64,000 nt of DNA, taken from contig JANNXA010000022.1 of assembly GCA_031409275.1 (NCBI GenBank), positions 1-64,000 on the forward strand, given 5' to 3'. The notes below the pieces were generated by a model. The model had not been told where the DNA came from, did no database searches, and was given only the letters and a program-made list of their open reading frames with translations. This DNA comes from Planctomycetota bacterium. Its GTDB lineage: Bacteria; Planctomycetota; B15-G4; SIAN01. Made by a program: the position numbers and the translations under genes. How positions within the stretch are numbered: the stretch's first letter is position 1; every line of letters starts with the position of its first letter. Below are positions 19,205 to 28,319 of this stretch, one piece after another.

Positions 19205-19828
19205 TCAGCCGCGGTACAGCCCGCGCTGCTCGATCCACTCGCGAACGCGCGGCGGCACGAGGTCGTCGATCGATGCGCCGAGCCGGCAACGCTCGCGCAC
19301 CTGGCTCGAGGAGATCGGCAGAGGCGCCACTCGAAGCAGATCGGTAAGGAGCGTCGGTGCCGCTGCCGGCAGTCGCGCATGCAGCTCGGCCGCGGCGAGA
19401 TCGAGCCTGGTGCGATCGCGGGCGACGGTGACGAATCGGGCGAGGCGGACGAGTTCCGCGGCGCGATGCCAGTTCGGCAGGTCGAACAGGCTGTCCGAGC
19501 CGATCAGGAAGTAGAGCTCGACCACTTCGCCCGCGAGTTCGGCGCGCACCTCGGTCAGCGTGTCGAAGGTGTAGGAGGTGCCGCCGCGAGCGAGTTCGCG
19601 CCGGTCGACCACGAGCCACGGCTCGAGTTGCGCGAGCCGAGTGACCATCTCCAGCCGGTCGCTGGCGGGCGCGAGCACGCGCGTTCGCTTGTGGGGAGGC
19701 TCCGCCGCCGGCAGCAGACGCACTTCGTCCAGCGAAAGCTCGGCACGCGCCGCGCGCGCGACGTGAAGGTGACCGAAGTGGGGCGGGTCGAACGAACCGC
19801 CGAACAGGGCGACGCGGCGCGAGGACAC
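19205..19828 (-). CDS. nadD: Nicotinate-nucleotide adenylyltransferase
   Basis: FGGSFDPPHFGH, PPHK, SYTFDTL, LIGSD, ISSSQVR. Confidence 0.95.
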   Translation of the reverse strand: MSSRRVALFGGSFDPPHFGHLHVARAARAELSLDEVRLLPAAEPPHKRTRVLAPASDRLEMVTRLAQLEPWLVVDRRELARGGTSYTFDTLTEVRAELAGEVVELYFLIGSDSLFDLPNWHRAAELVRLARFVTVARDRTRLDLAAAELHARLPAAAPTLLTDLLRVAPLPISSSQVRERCRLGASIDDLVPPRVREWIEQRGLYRG

Positions 19829-19836
19829 GGGCGCGC

Positions 19837-20040
19837 TCAGAAGAGCACGTAGATATCGGGGATGAGGATCGATCCGCGCGCGAGCAACACGAGGGTCGTC
19901 AGCAACGCGAAGACGATCAGCGCCGGCACCAGCCACCACGCCTTGTGTTGCGCCGCAAAGTGCAGGTAATCAGCAACCCGGCCGCGCGAGCGGTCCTCGG
20001 TGCGTGCCACCGGCTCCCAATCGGACGCAGTGGTCGCCAT
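19837..20040 (-). CDS. DUF5989-like small membrane protein (copy 2)
   Basis: KAWWLVP, hydrophobic stretch, then GSILIPDIYVLF C-terminus. Confidence 0.75.
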   Translation of the reverse strand: MATTASDWEPVARTEDRSRGRVADYLHFAAQHKAWWLVPALIVFALLTTLVLLARGSILIPDIYVLF

Positions 20041-20059
20041 GCCGAACGCCCCGTCGCGC

Positions 20060-20275
20060 CTAGAAGAGCGCGTAGAAGAACGGCGCGATCTGATTGCCTT
20101 GGGCCGCGAAGAGCATGACGCCCAGCAGTCCGACGATCAGCAACATCGGCACGATCCACCACCACTTCTCCTGCCACGCGAAACGCAGGAAGTCGCGAAC
20201 GAAGCCGGGCGCGGCGTCGTTCGCGGTCGGCGGGTTGGTCGGATCCCAGGACGAAGGGGGGGAAGCTTCAGTCAC
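20060..20275 (-). CDS. DUF5989-like small membrane protein (copy 1)
   Basis: EKWWWIVP, hydrophobic stretch, then QGNQIAPFFYALF C-terminus; GGAG RBS. Confidence 0.85.
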   Translation of the reverse strand: MTEASPPSSWDPTNPPTANDAAPGFVRDFLRFAWQEKWWWIVPMLLIVGLLGVMLFAAQGNQIAPFFYALF

Positions 20276-20393
20276 GGCTCACTCCGCAGGGGCTGTTGCT
20301 GGCGCGGAAATCTAGCTTCGGTTCCTGGAATTGCTCGCGTCACCGTGCTTTCGGCGCGACGTCTCATGCCGGCGGAGGGCGGCGGAGCGGTCC

Positions 20394-22559
20394 ATGGCGA
20401 TCGGGCAAGGAGTTCGCAAGGCAGCGCTGGTCGCGGCGTGGCTGGCGGCCGGCGCTACGGAGGCCACTGCAGGCGACCGCGCGCGGCCGATCCGCGTCGC
20501 CTGCCTCGGCGGTGGCGCCGGATCCTGCTGGCCGCGGCCGGCGGCAATGGAACTCCCGGTGGCGTTCGTCGGCTTAGGCGAGCGGCTGGCGCTGTTCGAT
20601 GGCGCCATCGAGCGGCCGGCTCGCGTGATCCCTTGGCGGACCCGCGCCGACGGCTCGCCAAGCTGGATTGGCGTCACCGCCGGGAACTGGCCGGGACGCC
20701 CGAGTCACCTCGAACTGCGGGCCACCCGCAGCCCGTCGCCCATTTCATTGGCGCGCCGTGAGTCGAGCGGCCACTCGACACGGATCGTGGCACCGGCGCT
20801 GCAGGTGACCCTCGACGCGCAGGGCGTCGAGTTCGCGACGAGCGCCGCCGCCCTGCGACTGGAACTGGGTCGCGTCGAGTGGGTCGTCGATGGCGTCGCG
20901 GCGCGCGCGCTTCAGCTCGATCCGTGGCTGCTGGTGGGCCCCGATGGCGCCGGCTTCTCGGCCGAGTCCGCAGTCCGCTTCGCCGAGGAGGAGGTCAGTG
21001 GCGCTCTGCACGTCACCGTCGATGTCGCGGGGGATGGCAGCGAAGCGGAGGTCGCGCTGCGCTTCCAGGCTTCGCGCGACCTGCTCGTGCACGATCTGAG
21101 TCTGGGCGGGCGGCTCAGCGGCGAGCGGCGTGAGCTCGCTTGTGGGAGCTTCAAACGGTCGGCGACCGCAAAGAAGTCGGCCTCACTGCGCTTTCCGATG
21201 ACGGCGGCTCAGCCGATCGCCGATTCGAGCGCGGCTCCTGCTCCGCTCGCAGAAGCTGCGGAGCTCGCGCGTGACATCGTGTGGCGTAGCGGCTGTGGTC
21301 GCGGCGAACTCGAGCTGCGATTGCTCGACGCGGTGGTGGCGCGCCCGAGCGGCGGTTCGCTCGCGGTCGATGGCCGCTGCGTGGTCGGGCTCGTTGCGGA
21401 GCCGTTGACGCTCCACCGCGGTCAGGTCGTGCGGCGTCGACTGCGCGTGCGGACCGCGGCCGCGTTGGCGCGCGTCGTCGAGCGCCCTTACCTCGTGACG
21501 ACCGTCGCGGCGGGCCAGGCTCCACTGCTCCCGTCGTGCCTCGCGCCGCTCACGGCATGGCAGCCGTTCCTGACGACCATGGTGGCGCGTCCGCAGCGGA
21601 TCGATGACCGCGGTTGCTATCGGGAGGCGAACGGCGAATCGGCCAACGGTGAGTACGACCTCGGCGGCAGCCTGCTGTGGCTTGGACGCAGGCTTTGCGA
21701 CGGCCGTTGGCTCGCGCTCGGCGAGACCCTGGCGCGCCACACCTGCGACTGGGATCGCGCCTTCGACGCGCCCGCAGGCGTTCCGGCTGGACTCTTCGCC
21801 CAGCACGGCCGCGACCACGCCAGCGGCAAGGTCGAGGCGGGCCACCAGTGGATCGGCGGGGCGCTGGGATTGGCGCGCGCCACCGGCGATCTGCACGCGC
21901 TTGCCACGGCGGAAGAGACCGTGGCGGCATTGGCGAACTGGCGCGCGCAGATGCCGAGCGCGTTCGCCGGACCGGAGCGTCGCGTCGCGTGGCCGCTGCG
22001 AGCCGCCGTTGAACTGGCCGCTTCGACGGAGTCGTCATCGGCGAAATCGTTGGCGCGCGCGCTGGTCGCGGAGATGGCAGCCCGCCAGCTTCCCGACGGC
22101 TTCATCGACGGCGATCGGCGCCCATTCGCGGTCGGCGAGCGGCTGTGGGTGAACAGCTGGGTCAGCCTCGGAATCACGGTCGATGCGCTGGCGCGCGCTG
22201 GCCCGCACGATCCGGCGGCGGTCGACATCGCGGCGCGACTCGCTCGCGGTGTCGTGTTCGCGGCGGGTCGTGAGGCGAGCGGGCTCGCGGACGTCGTTCA
22301 GGTCGACCCGGTGGCGGGCGTCGCGTGCGAGACGCGGGCGCGGGTGACCGGCGGCGACGCGCTCCTCGCGGCGGCTGGCCTCGCGTGGTGGGCGGCGCAG
22401 CCGGCCGCTGCCGCGGAGCGCGCGTCGATCACCGCGCGGGCCGAAGCGCTGCGTCGGCGCGGCTGGCACGATCTGGCGGAGCCGTCGGAGGAGCGGGTCG
22501 TCGGCTTCGCGAAGGCGTTGCACGCGCTGCGCAGCGAGCTCGAGAATCGTCCGCCGTGA
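20394..22559 (+). CDS. Exported protein, distantly like exo-rhamnogalacturonan lyase (PcRGLX/YetA-type)
   Basis: Signal peptide, beta-rich N-terminal half, then NGEYD...LARHTCDWD...HGRDH...GHQWIGG in a helical C-terminal domain. Confidence 0.5.
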   Translation: MAIGQGVRKAALVAAWLAAGATEATAGDRARPIRVACLGGGAGSCWPRPAAMELPVAFVGLGERLALFDGAIERPARVIPWRTRADGSPSWIGVTAGNWPGRPSHLELRATRSPSPISLARRESSGHSTRIVAPALQVTLDAQGVEFATSAAALRLELGRVEWVVDGVAARALQLDPWLLVGPDGAGFSAESAVRFAEEEVSGALHVTVDVAGDGSEAEVALRFQASRDLLVHDLSLGGRLSGERRELACGSFKRSATAKKSASLRFPMTAAQPIADSSAAPAPLAEAAELARDIVWRSGCGRGELELRLLDAVVARPSGGSLAVDGRCVVGLVAEPLTLHRGQVVRRRLRVRTAAALARVVERPYLVTTVAAGQAPLLPSCLAPLTAWQPFLTTMVARPQRIDDRGCYREANGESANGEYDLGGSLLWLGRRLCDGRWLALGETLARHTCDWDRAFDAPAGVPAGLFAQHGRDHASGKVEAGHQWIGGALGLARATGDLHALATAEETVAALANWRAQMPSAFAGPERRVAWPLRAAVELAASTESSSAKSLARALVAEMAARQLPDGFIDGDRRPFAVGERLWVNSWVSLGITVDALARAGPHDPAAVDIAARLARGVVFAAGREASGLADVVQVDPVAGVACETRARVTGGDALLAAAGLAWWAAQPAAAAERASITARAEALRRRGWHDLAEPSEERVVGFAKALHALRSELENRPP

Positions 22560-22586
22560 GCGTCAGCGCGAGACCGCTGCGAGCGG

Positions 22587-23942
22587 TCAGAGCTTGATCT
22601 CGCCTTCGAGCTTGCGCACCGGTCGGCCGCGCGCGAAACGGTAGACGAGCAGCTTCGCGGCGCCACCCTGGCCGACCGAACGCAGTCGATCGAAGAGTTC
22701 CGGCACCGAGCCAACGGGCGTTCCGGAGAACTCGATCAGCGCATCGCTCTCGCGGATCCCGATGGCGGCCGCGGCGCCGCGCGGGTCGACGTCGGTGAAG
22801 AGCAGGTAGCCCGAGTTCATCGCCATCGAGGCGCCAAGACGATCGCGCACGGTGGCATCGACGTCGATCGGCTGCAGCTTCGTCTCGCGCCGCTTGCCGT
22901 CGCGCTGGTAGGTCAGCGGAATGACGCCGTTGCGGTCGACCGAGGAGATCGACAGGTTGAACTCGGTGCGATCGGCGATGGTGTACTCGCCGACGCGGAC
23001 GACCCGGTCGCCGACCTGGAGCCCGGCGCGCGTCGCCGGACTGTCGCGATCGAGGTTGCGCACCGAAACGCCAGAGCCGTCGCCGTCGTCGACGTCGAGC
23101 CCGAGCCACAAATGGAGCAGGTCGAGCGGGTTGAACTCGCGACCGAGCAGGCTGCGCACGCGATCGACCGGGATCGCGAGGCCCTGCCCCTCCGCGCGGC
23201 CGAATTGCCGATCGCCTGCGATCGCCTGGTTGATGCCGATCAACTCGCCGAGGATGTTGAACAGCGGCCCGCCGCTGTTGCCGGAGTTGAGCGGCGCGTC
23301 GGTCTGGATCAGATCCTCGAAGGCATCTCCGGTCGGCGATTCGAGTCGGCGGTTGGTGGCGCTGACGATCCCGTGCGTCACCGAGCCTTCGCGTCCGAGC
23401 GGGTTGCCGACCGCGACGACCGTCTCGCCGATCATCAGGTCGGCGGAGGTGCCGAGCTTGGCGAACGGGAACGGGCCGGGAGAGACGATCTGCAGCAAGG
23501 CGAGGTCGTTGGTGCGGTCGAAGCCGATGATCCTCGCCGGGTGCTTCTCCATGTCGACGCGGCTGGTGTTCCAGTCGGCGCGGTAGCTCACGGTCACGTT
23601 CTTCGGGCGCGCCGTGCGCGAGTTGCCGGTGATGACGTGCGCGTTCGTGACCACGAGTCCGGCGGGGTGGACGATGACGCCGCTGCCGAGCGATCCGGCC
23701 TCCTGCGGTCCGAAGAAGCCGCCTTCGATCTCGAGGTCGGTGTAGAGGTTGACGACGGTCGGACCGACGGCGCGCACCACTTCGACGATGGGGGTGACGC
23801 GTGGCGAGCCCTCGGGCGGCGGCAGGCTGTCTTGCGGCAGCGGAGCCGACGCGAAGGTGAATCCGGTGCTGGCGACGGCGAACAGCGCGCCGGCTCCGAA
23901 GAGGAGGGCGGTGGCTCGGGATCGGCGTGGCGGACGGTTCAT
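22587..23942 (-). CDS. HtrA/DegP-like serine protease with two PDZ domains
   Basis: Catalytic triad in TNAHV, NDLAL, QTDAPLNSGNSGGPL; two PDZ-like C-terminal units. Confidence 0.93.
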   Translation of the reverse strand: MNRPPRRSRATALLFGAGALFAVASTGFTFASAPLPQDSLPPPEGSPRVTPIVEVVRAVGPTVVNLYTDLEIEGGFFGPQEAGSLGSGVIVHPAGLVVTNAHVITGNSRTARPKNVTVSYRADWNTSRVDMEKHPARIIGFDRTNDLALLQIVSPGPFPFAKLGTSADLMIGETVVAVGNPLGREGSVTHGIVSATNRRLESPTGDAFEDLIQTDAPLNSGNSGGPLFNILGELIGINQAIAGDRQFGRAEGQGLAIPVDRVRSLLGREFNPLDLLHLWLGLDVDDGDGSGVSVRNLDRDSPATRAGLQVGDRVVRVGEYTIADRTEFNLSISSVDRNGVIPLTYQRDGKRRETKLQPIDVDATVRDRLGASMAMNSGYLLFTDVDPRGAAAAIGIRESDALIEFSGTPVGSVPELFDRLRSVGQGGAAKLLVYRFARGRPVRKLEGEIKL

Positions 23943-24053
23943 CGGCGGACTCTCCGTCAGTGCGTCATTCGGTCGCCGATCGTACGGGCCGCGCGTCTCG
24001 ACGTTGGGACCCAGATCATGGTTTCTGCGATCGAGGAGGCGCTCGGGCAGTGT

Positions 24054-24069
24054 ATGAACCGCCGTTCAT
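24054..24069. promoter_or_regulatory. ArsR/SmtB-type operator palindrome
   Basis: Perfect inverted repeat ATGAAC-CGCC-GTTCAT (TGAA-N6-TTCA core), about 60 nt before the ArsR-domain ATG. Confidence 0.75.
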
Positions 24070-24128
24070 TGAAGCGGACGACGGCGGCCAGCGCAGGCGG
24101 CGGCGTCCGAAGCTCCAAGGACACCACG

Positions 24129-25316
24129 ATGGCGAAGCGAAACGGAGCGACGCGCCGTCCCGCGTCCGCGGACCGCCGAACGACGGCTGCGCGGACGCCG
24201 ACGCGATCCTGCGTGGAAAAGCTGAAGGCGTTGGCGGAGACGACCCGGCTCCAGGTGCTGCACGAACTCGTCGAAGGCGAGAAGAGCGTGACAGAACTCC
24301 AGCGGGTCCTCGGCATCGATCAGAGCCTGCTGTCGCACCACCTCGCCGTGCTGCGTGACGTCGAACTAGTCGCGACGTCGCGTGCTCGCCAGTCGATTCG
24401 ATACCGCCTTGCCGACGGCGTCGCGGCGGTGGGGCCGCCGGCCGGCATCAACCTCGGCTGCTGCCAGCTCTCGTTCATGCAGGCGGCGGCGAAGCTGCTG
24501 CTGCTGATGGTGACACTGTTCGCTACATGGCCGCTGGCGGCTTGCACGCCCTCGACGCCGCTCACCAAGTTGACGCTGTCAGGTTCGAGCACGATTGCGC
24601 CGCTGGCCGCCGAGCTCGGCAAGGCGTTCGAGCGCCACCACGGCGGAGTCCGCGTCGAGGTCCAGGCGGGTGGCTCGAGCCGTGGCGTCGCCGATGCGCA
24701 AGCGGGGCAGGTCGACCTGGGCATGGCCTCACGCGCGCTCAAGGAGGAGGAATCGGCGCAGGGGCTCGTCGCGTCGACCGTCGCGCTCGATGGCATCGGA
24801 ATGATCGTGCACGCCGACAACCCGGTCACCGAGCTCAGCGCGGCGCAGATCGTCGCGATCTATCGCGGCACGACGCGCGACTGGAGCGCGGTCGGCGGGA
24901 GCACGGCACCGATCACGGTGGTGAACAAGGCCGAAGGGCGCTCGACGCTCGAGCTCTTCCTGGCGCACTTCAAGCTGAAGCCTGAAGAGGTGCGCGCGGA
25001 CCTCGTGATCGGCGACAACGCCCAGGGATTGAAGAGCGTCGCGGGCAACCGCAACGCGATCGGCTACGTCTCGATCGGCTCCGCCGAAGTCGAGATCCGC
25101 CTCGGCGCGCCGATCCGGCTGCTGCCGCTCGAGGGGATCGCAGCCAGCAGTGACACCGTTCGCGCGGCGACATTTCCGCTGCAGCGACCGCTCAATCTGC
25201 TGACCAAGGGGATTCCGGTCGGACTCGCGGCGGAGTTCATCGACTTCGCGCGCTCGCCCGAGGGGGTCGCGATCGTCGAAGCGCAGGCATTCGTTGCTCC
25301 CGCGCCGATCCAGTGA
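24129..25316 (+). CDS. Fusion of ArsR/SmtB HTH regulator and phosphate-binding lipoprotein PstS
   Basis: aa 1-116 ArsR (LKALAETTRLQVL, QSLLSHHLAVLR, LGCCQLSF), then in frame a signal with lipobox LAAC and PstS motifs GSSTIAP, GGSSRG, DLGMASR, ALDGI, NAIGYVS, PLQRPL. Confidence 0.88.
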   Translation: MAKRNGATRRPASADRRTTAARTPTRSCVEKLKALAETTRLQVLHELVEGEKSVTELQRVLGIDQSLLSHHLAVLRDVELVATSRARQSIRYRLADGVAAVGPPAGINLGCCQLSFMQAAAKLLLLMVTLFATWPLAACTPSTPLTKLTLSGSSTIAPLAAELGKAFERHHGGVRVEVQAGGSSRGVADAQAGQVDLGMASRALKEEESAQGLVASTVALDGIGMIVHADNPVTELSAAQIVAIYRGTTRDWSAVGGSTAPITVVNKAEGRSTLELFLAHFKLKPEEVRADLVIGDNAQGLKSVAGNRNAIGYVSIGSAEVEIRLGAPIRLLPLEGIAASSDTVRAATFPLQRPLNLLTKGIPVGLAAEFIDFARSPEGVAIVEAQAFVAPAPIQ

Positions 25317-26163
25317 TCGCTGGCTGCGGCGCGCCAGCGCGATGACGGCGCTCTTCGCAGCGCTGCTCGCGCTGTGGATCGTCGGGTTCGTCGTCAGCGA
25401 ATGCCGACCTGCGTTTCAACAGATCGGGTTGACGCGCTTCGTGACCGACGACGGCTGGAATCCGACCCGCGGCGCCTACGGCGTGGCGCCGATGGTCGCT
25501 GCCAGCGTGCTCATCGCGCTGGGCGCGTTGCTCCTCGCGCTGCCGTTGGCGCTCGCCGCCGCGATCTGTCAGCTCGCCTATGCGCCGCCATGGCTCGCGC
25601 GCGTGCTCCGGCGGGGGCTCGAGCTGCTCGCCGCCGTGCCTTCGGTGGTGTTTGGATTCATCGGATTGGTGACGTTGGTGCCGTGGCTGACGCGCATCGC
25701 GCCACCGGGCGCCTCACTGCTCGCGGCGGCCCTGGTGCTCGCGCTGATGGTGCTGCCGACGCTGACGCTCATGGTGGAGGAGGCGCTGGCCGGCATGCCG
25801 CACGCCGAGCGCGCGGCGGCGGCGGCGCTCGGGTTGTCGCGATCGACGGTCGTGCTGCGACTCGCGTTGCCACGCGCGCAGCGCGGCATCCATGCGGCGG
25901 TCCTTGTCTCGATGGGGCGCGCGCTCGGCGAGACGATGGCCGTGCTGATGGTGAGCGGCAATGTCGTGCAGTGGCCGCGCACTCCGTTCACGCCGGTGCG
26001 GACGCTCACGGCCAACATCGCGCTGGAGATGGCGTACGCGACGACGCTGCATCGGTCGGCGCTCTTCGTCTCGGGGTTGCTGCTGCTGGCGACGACGGTG
26101 GCGCTGCTCCTCGTCGCGGCATGGCGCATCGCGGCGACGCGCGGAGAGCCGACGCATGCGTGA
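25294..26163 (+). CDS. pstC: Phosphate ABC transporter permease
   Basis: ELLAAVPSVVFGFIG, GRALGETMAVLMVSGN, RTLTANIALEM. Confidence 0.92.
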   Translation: MLPRRSSDRWLRRASAMTALFAALLALWIVGFVVSECRPAFQQIGLTRFVTDDGWNPTRGAYGVAPMVAASVLIALGALLLALPLALAAAICQLAYAPPWLARVLRRGLELLAAVPSVVFGFIGLVTLVPWLTRIAPPGASLLAAALVLALMVLPTLTLMVEEALAGMPHAERAAAAALGLSRSTVVLRLALPRAQRGIHAAVLVSMGRALGETMAVLMVSGNVVQWPRTPFTPVRTLTANIALEMAYATTLHRSALFVSGLLLLATTVALLLVAAWRIAATRGEPTHA

Positions 26164-27046
26164 GCTGGCGCGCGGACGGCAAGCGGGGGAGCGACTGCTC
26201 GCGGGTGTGGCGTGGGCCGGCGCGGCGATCGTGGTGGCGTTGTTCACGCTGCTGGTCGTCGACCTGGCTCGACGCGGCGGCGGCGAACTGTCGTGGAACT
26301 ACCTCGTCGAGGAGCCGCGCGATGCTGGCCGCAGCGGCGGCATCGCTTCGGTGCTGGTCGGTACGGCGGGACTGCTCGCGCTCGCCATCGGGTTCGCGGT
26401 GCCGCTCGCGTTGGGAACGGCGATCTTCCTCGACGACGCGGGCGCCGCGACCGCAAGTCGAACGAGTCGCTGGCTGGCCGCGGCGGTGCGACGCAGCCTC
26501 GAACTGCTGGGCGGGGTGCCCTCGATCGTCTTCGGGCTGTTCGGCAACGCGCTGTTCTGTCGAGCGTTCGGGCTCGGCTACTCGATGCTCGCCGGCGGCG
26601 CCACGCTGGCGTGCATGGTGCTGCCGTTGATGACGGCCGCCTTCGACGACGGCTTCCGGCGCGTCCCGAGCGCCGATCGCGCCGCCGCTGCCGCCAGCGC
26701 GTTGTCGCGGTCGACGACGCTGCGGCATGTCCTGTTGCCGCGCGCGCTGCCGCTGCTGGTCGCGGGAATCGTGTGGTCGGTCGCGCGCGCGTTGGCCGAG
26801 ACCGCGGCGCTGCTCTTCACCAGCGGCTACGTCGATCGCATGCCGACTTCACTGCTCGACTCGACCCGTTCGCTGTCGGTGCACGTCTGGGACCTGGCGA
26901 TGAATGTCGCCGGCGGCGACGCCCGCGCCTGCAGCGCGGCCCTGCTGCTGCTGTTGCTGGTGTTCGCGATCCAGACGCTCGCACGCGGCTCGCTGCGGTG
27001 GCTGCTTCGCGACGCAGTTCGGGGTAGTCCCAAGGAGGCGGCGTGA
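26156..27046 (+). CDS. pstA: Phosphate ABC transporter permease
   Basis: GGIASVLVGT, LGGVPSIVFGLFG, ARALAETAALLFTSG, RSLSVHV. Confidence 0.92.
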   Translation: MRELARGRQAGERLLAGVAWAGAAIVVALFTLLVVDLARRGGGELSWNYLVEEPRDAGRSGGIASVLVGTAGLLALAIGFAVPLALGTAIFLDDAGAATASRTSRWLAAAVRRSLELLGGVPSIVFGLFGNALFCRAFGLGYSMLAGGATLACMVLPLMTAAFDDGFRRVPSADRAAAAASALSRSTTLRHVLLPRALPLLVAGIVWSVARALAETAALLFTSGYVDRMPTSLLDSTRSLSVHVWDLAMNVAGGDARACSAALLLLLLVFAIQTLARGSLRWLLRDAVRGSPKEAA

Positions 27047-27813
27047 TGCGCGGGCGCGTCGAGATCGCCGATCTCTGCGTCGACTATGGGCCGTTGCGAG
27101 CGGTCGACGGCGCGTCGTTCGTCGTGGAACCAGGAACGACGCTCGCCCTGGTGGGGCCGTCTGGATCGGGGAAGAGCAGCCTCGTGCAGTGCGTCAACCG
27201 GCTGATCGATCTCACACCCGGGGCGCGCGTGAGCGGAGTCGTGCGGGTGAGCGGGGCAGACGTGCGGGCGCCTGGTTCGGACGTGCTCGATCTGCGGCGC
27301 CGCGTCGGCATGGTGTTTCAGCGGCCCACGCCATTCCCGTGCTCGATCCGGAAGAACCTCGAGCTGCCGCTCCGTGAACATCGCCTCGGTGGTGCGGCCG
27401 AGCGGGGCGAGCGATCCCGAGCGGCGCTGGAGGCGGTGGGATTGTGGCAAGAGGTGGAGAGCCGTCTCGACGCGCCGGCGTCGCGTCTCTCGGGGGGGCC
27501 GCAGCAGCGGCAGTGCCTCGCGCGGGCACTGGTGGTCGAGCCGGAGGTGCTGCTGCTCGATGAGCCCTGCAGTTCGCTCGATCCACTCGCCACCGCGGTG
27601 GTGGAGGAGGCGCTGCGAAAGCTGCGCGGCAAGGTCACGATGCTGCTCGTGACCCACTCACTCGCGCAGTCGAGCCGGCTCGCCGATGAGATCGCGCTGC
27701 TGTGGTTCGATGGCCGCTGCGGTCGACTCGTCGAGCGGCAGGCGACGGCCGGCTTCCTCGCCGCGCCGCAATGCGCGGTGGCGAAGGCCTTCGTGGCGGG
27801 GGGCGGTCGCTGA
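27046..27813 (+). CDS. pstB: Phosphate ABC transporter ATPase
   Basis: GPSGSGKS, LRRRVGMVFQRPTPF, LLDEPCSSLDP, VTH; signature is the variant LSGGP. Confidence 0.9.
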   Translation: MRGRVEIADLCVDYGPLRAVDGASFVVEPGTTLALVGPSGSGKSSLVQCVNRLIDLTPGARVSGVVRVSGADVRAPGSDVLDLRRRVGMVFQRPTPFPCSIRKNLELPLREHRLGGAAERGERSRAALEAVGLWQEVESRLDAPASRLSGGPQQRQCLARALVVEPEVLLLDEPCSSLDPLATAVVEEALRKLRGKVTMLLVTHSLAQSSRLADEIALLWFDGRCGRLVERQATAGFLAAPQCAVAKAFVAGGGR

Positions 27814-27986
27814 GATCGCGCGGCAACGGCGGCGGAACGTCGCCCGCCGATGGGAATCGCAGCGCGAGCTCCACGAGGAGCCGCTCCCCGATGCGACGCG
27901 GGCGACGCAACATCCCGCACCACAGCGCCGCCGCGTGATCGCCGCGAAGTGGCGAGCGGTTGCAGCGAAGCGGGCCGCCAATGGAA

Positions 27987-28063
27987 TGGTGGGCGATACT
28001 GGACTCGAACCAGTGACCCCCAGCTTGTCGAGCTGGTGCTCTAGCCAACTGAGCTAATCGCCC
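27987..28063 (-). tRNA. tRNA-Val(GAC), CCA encoded
   Basis: Reverse complement GGGCGATTAGCTCAGTTGGCTAGAGCACCAGCTCGACAAGCTGGGGGTCACTGGTTCGAGTCCAGTATCGCCCACCA folds as a cloverleaf. Confidence 0.96.
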
Positions 28064-28117
28064 ATTCTTGTTCGTTGGGCGTCCGTTGCAGGACATCCAA
28101 CGCTCAAGAGGCGGAGC

Positions 28118-28147
28118 CTTATAGGGGGTCGGCGGCGGGTGGTGCAA
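28118..28147 (-). promoter_or_regulatory. Sigma70-type promoter for the tRNA
   Basis: TTGCAC-N18-TATAAG followed by GC-rich GCTCCGCC on the minus strand. Confidence 0.6.
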
Positions 28148-28319
28148 GAAGTGATTCGAGCGGTGGGGGCGGTTGGCAAATCGCCAAGGCCAACGGATGA
28201 TGCGACGTCCTTCACGAGCGACCGATCGACGCGCTGGGTGGCGCGCTCGAGGAACGGAAGTTCGTTCCCTTCGCTGCGGCCCTTGAAGCGGGACGCTCCA
28301 TTCGCCCGATCACGGTGCC

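Noticed and set aside
23950..28063. pst operon as an island integrated at the tRNA-Val 3' end
   Set aside because: No duplicated tRNA 3' fragment seen at the far side, no integrase and no obvious GC shift.
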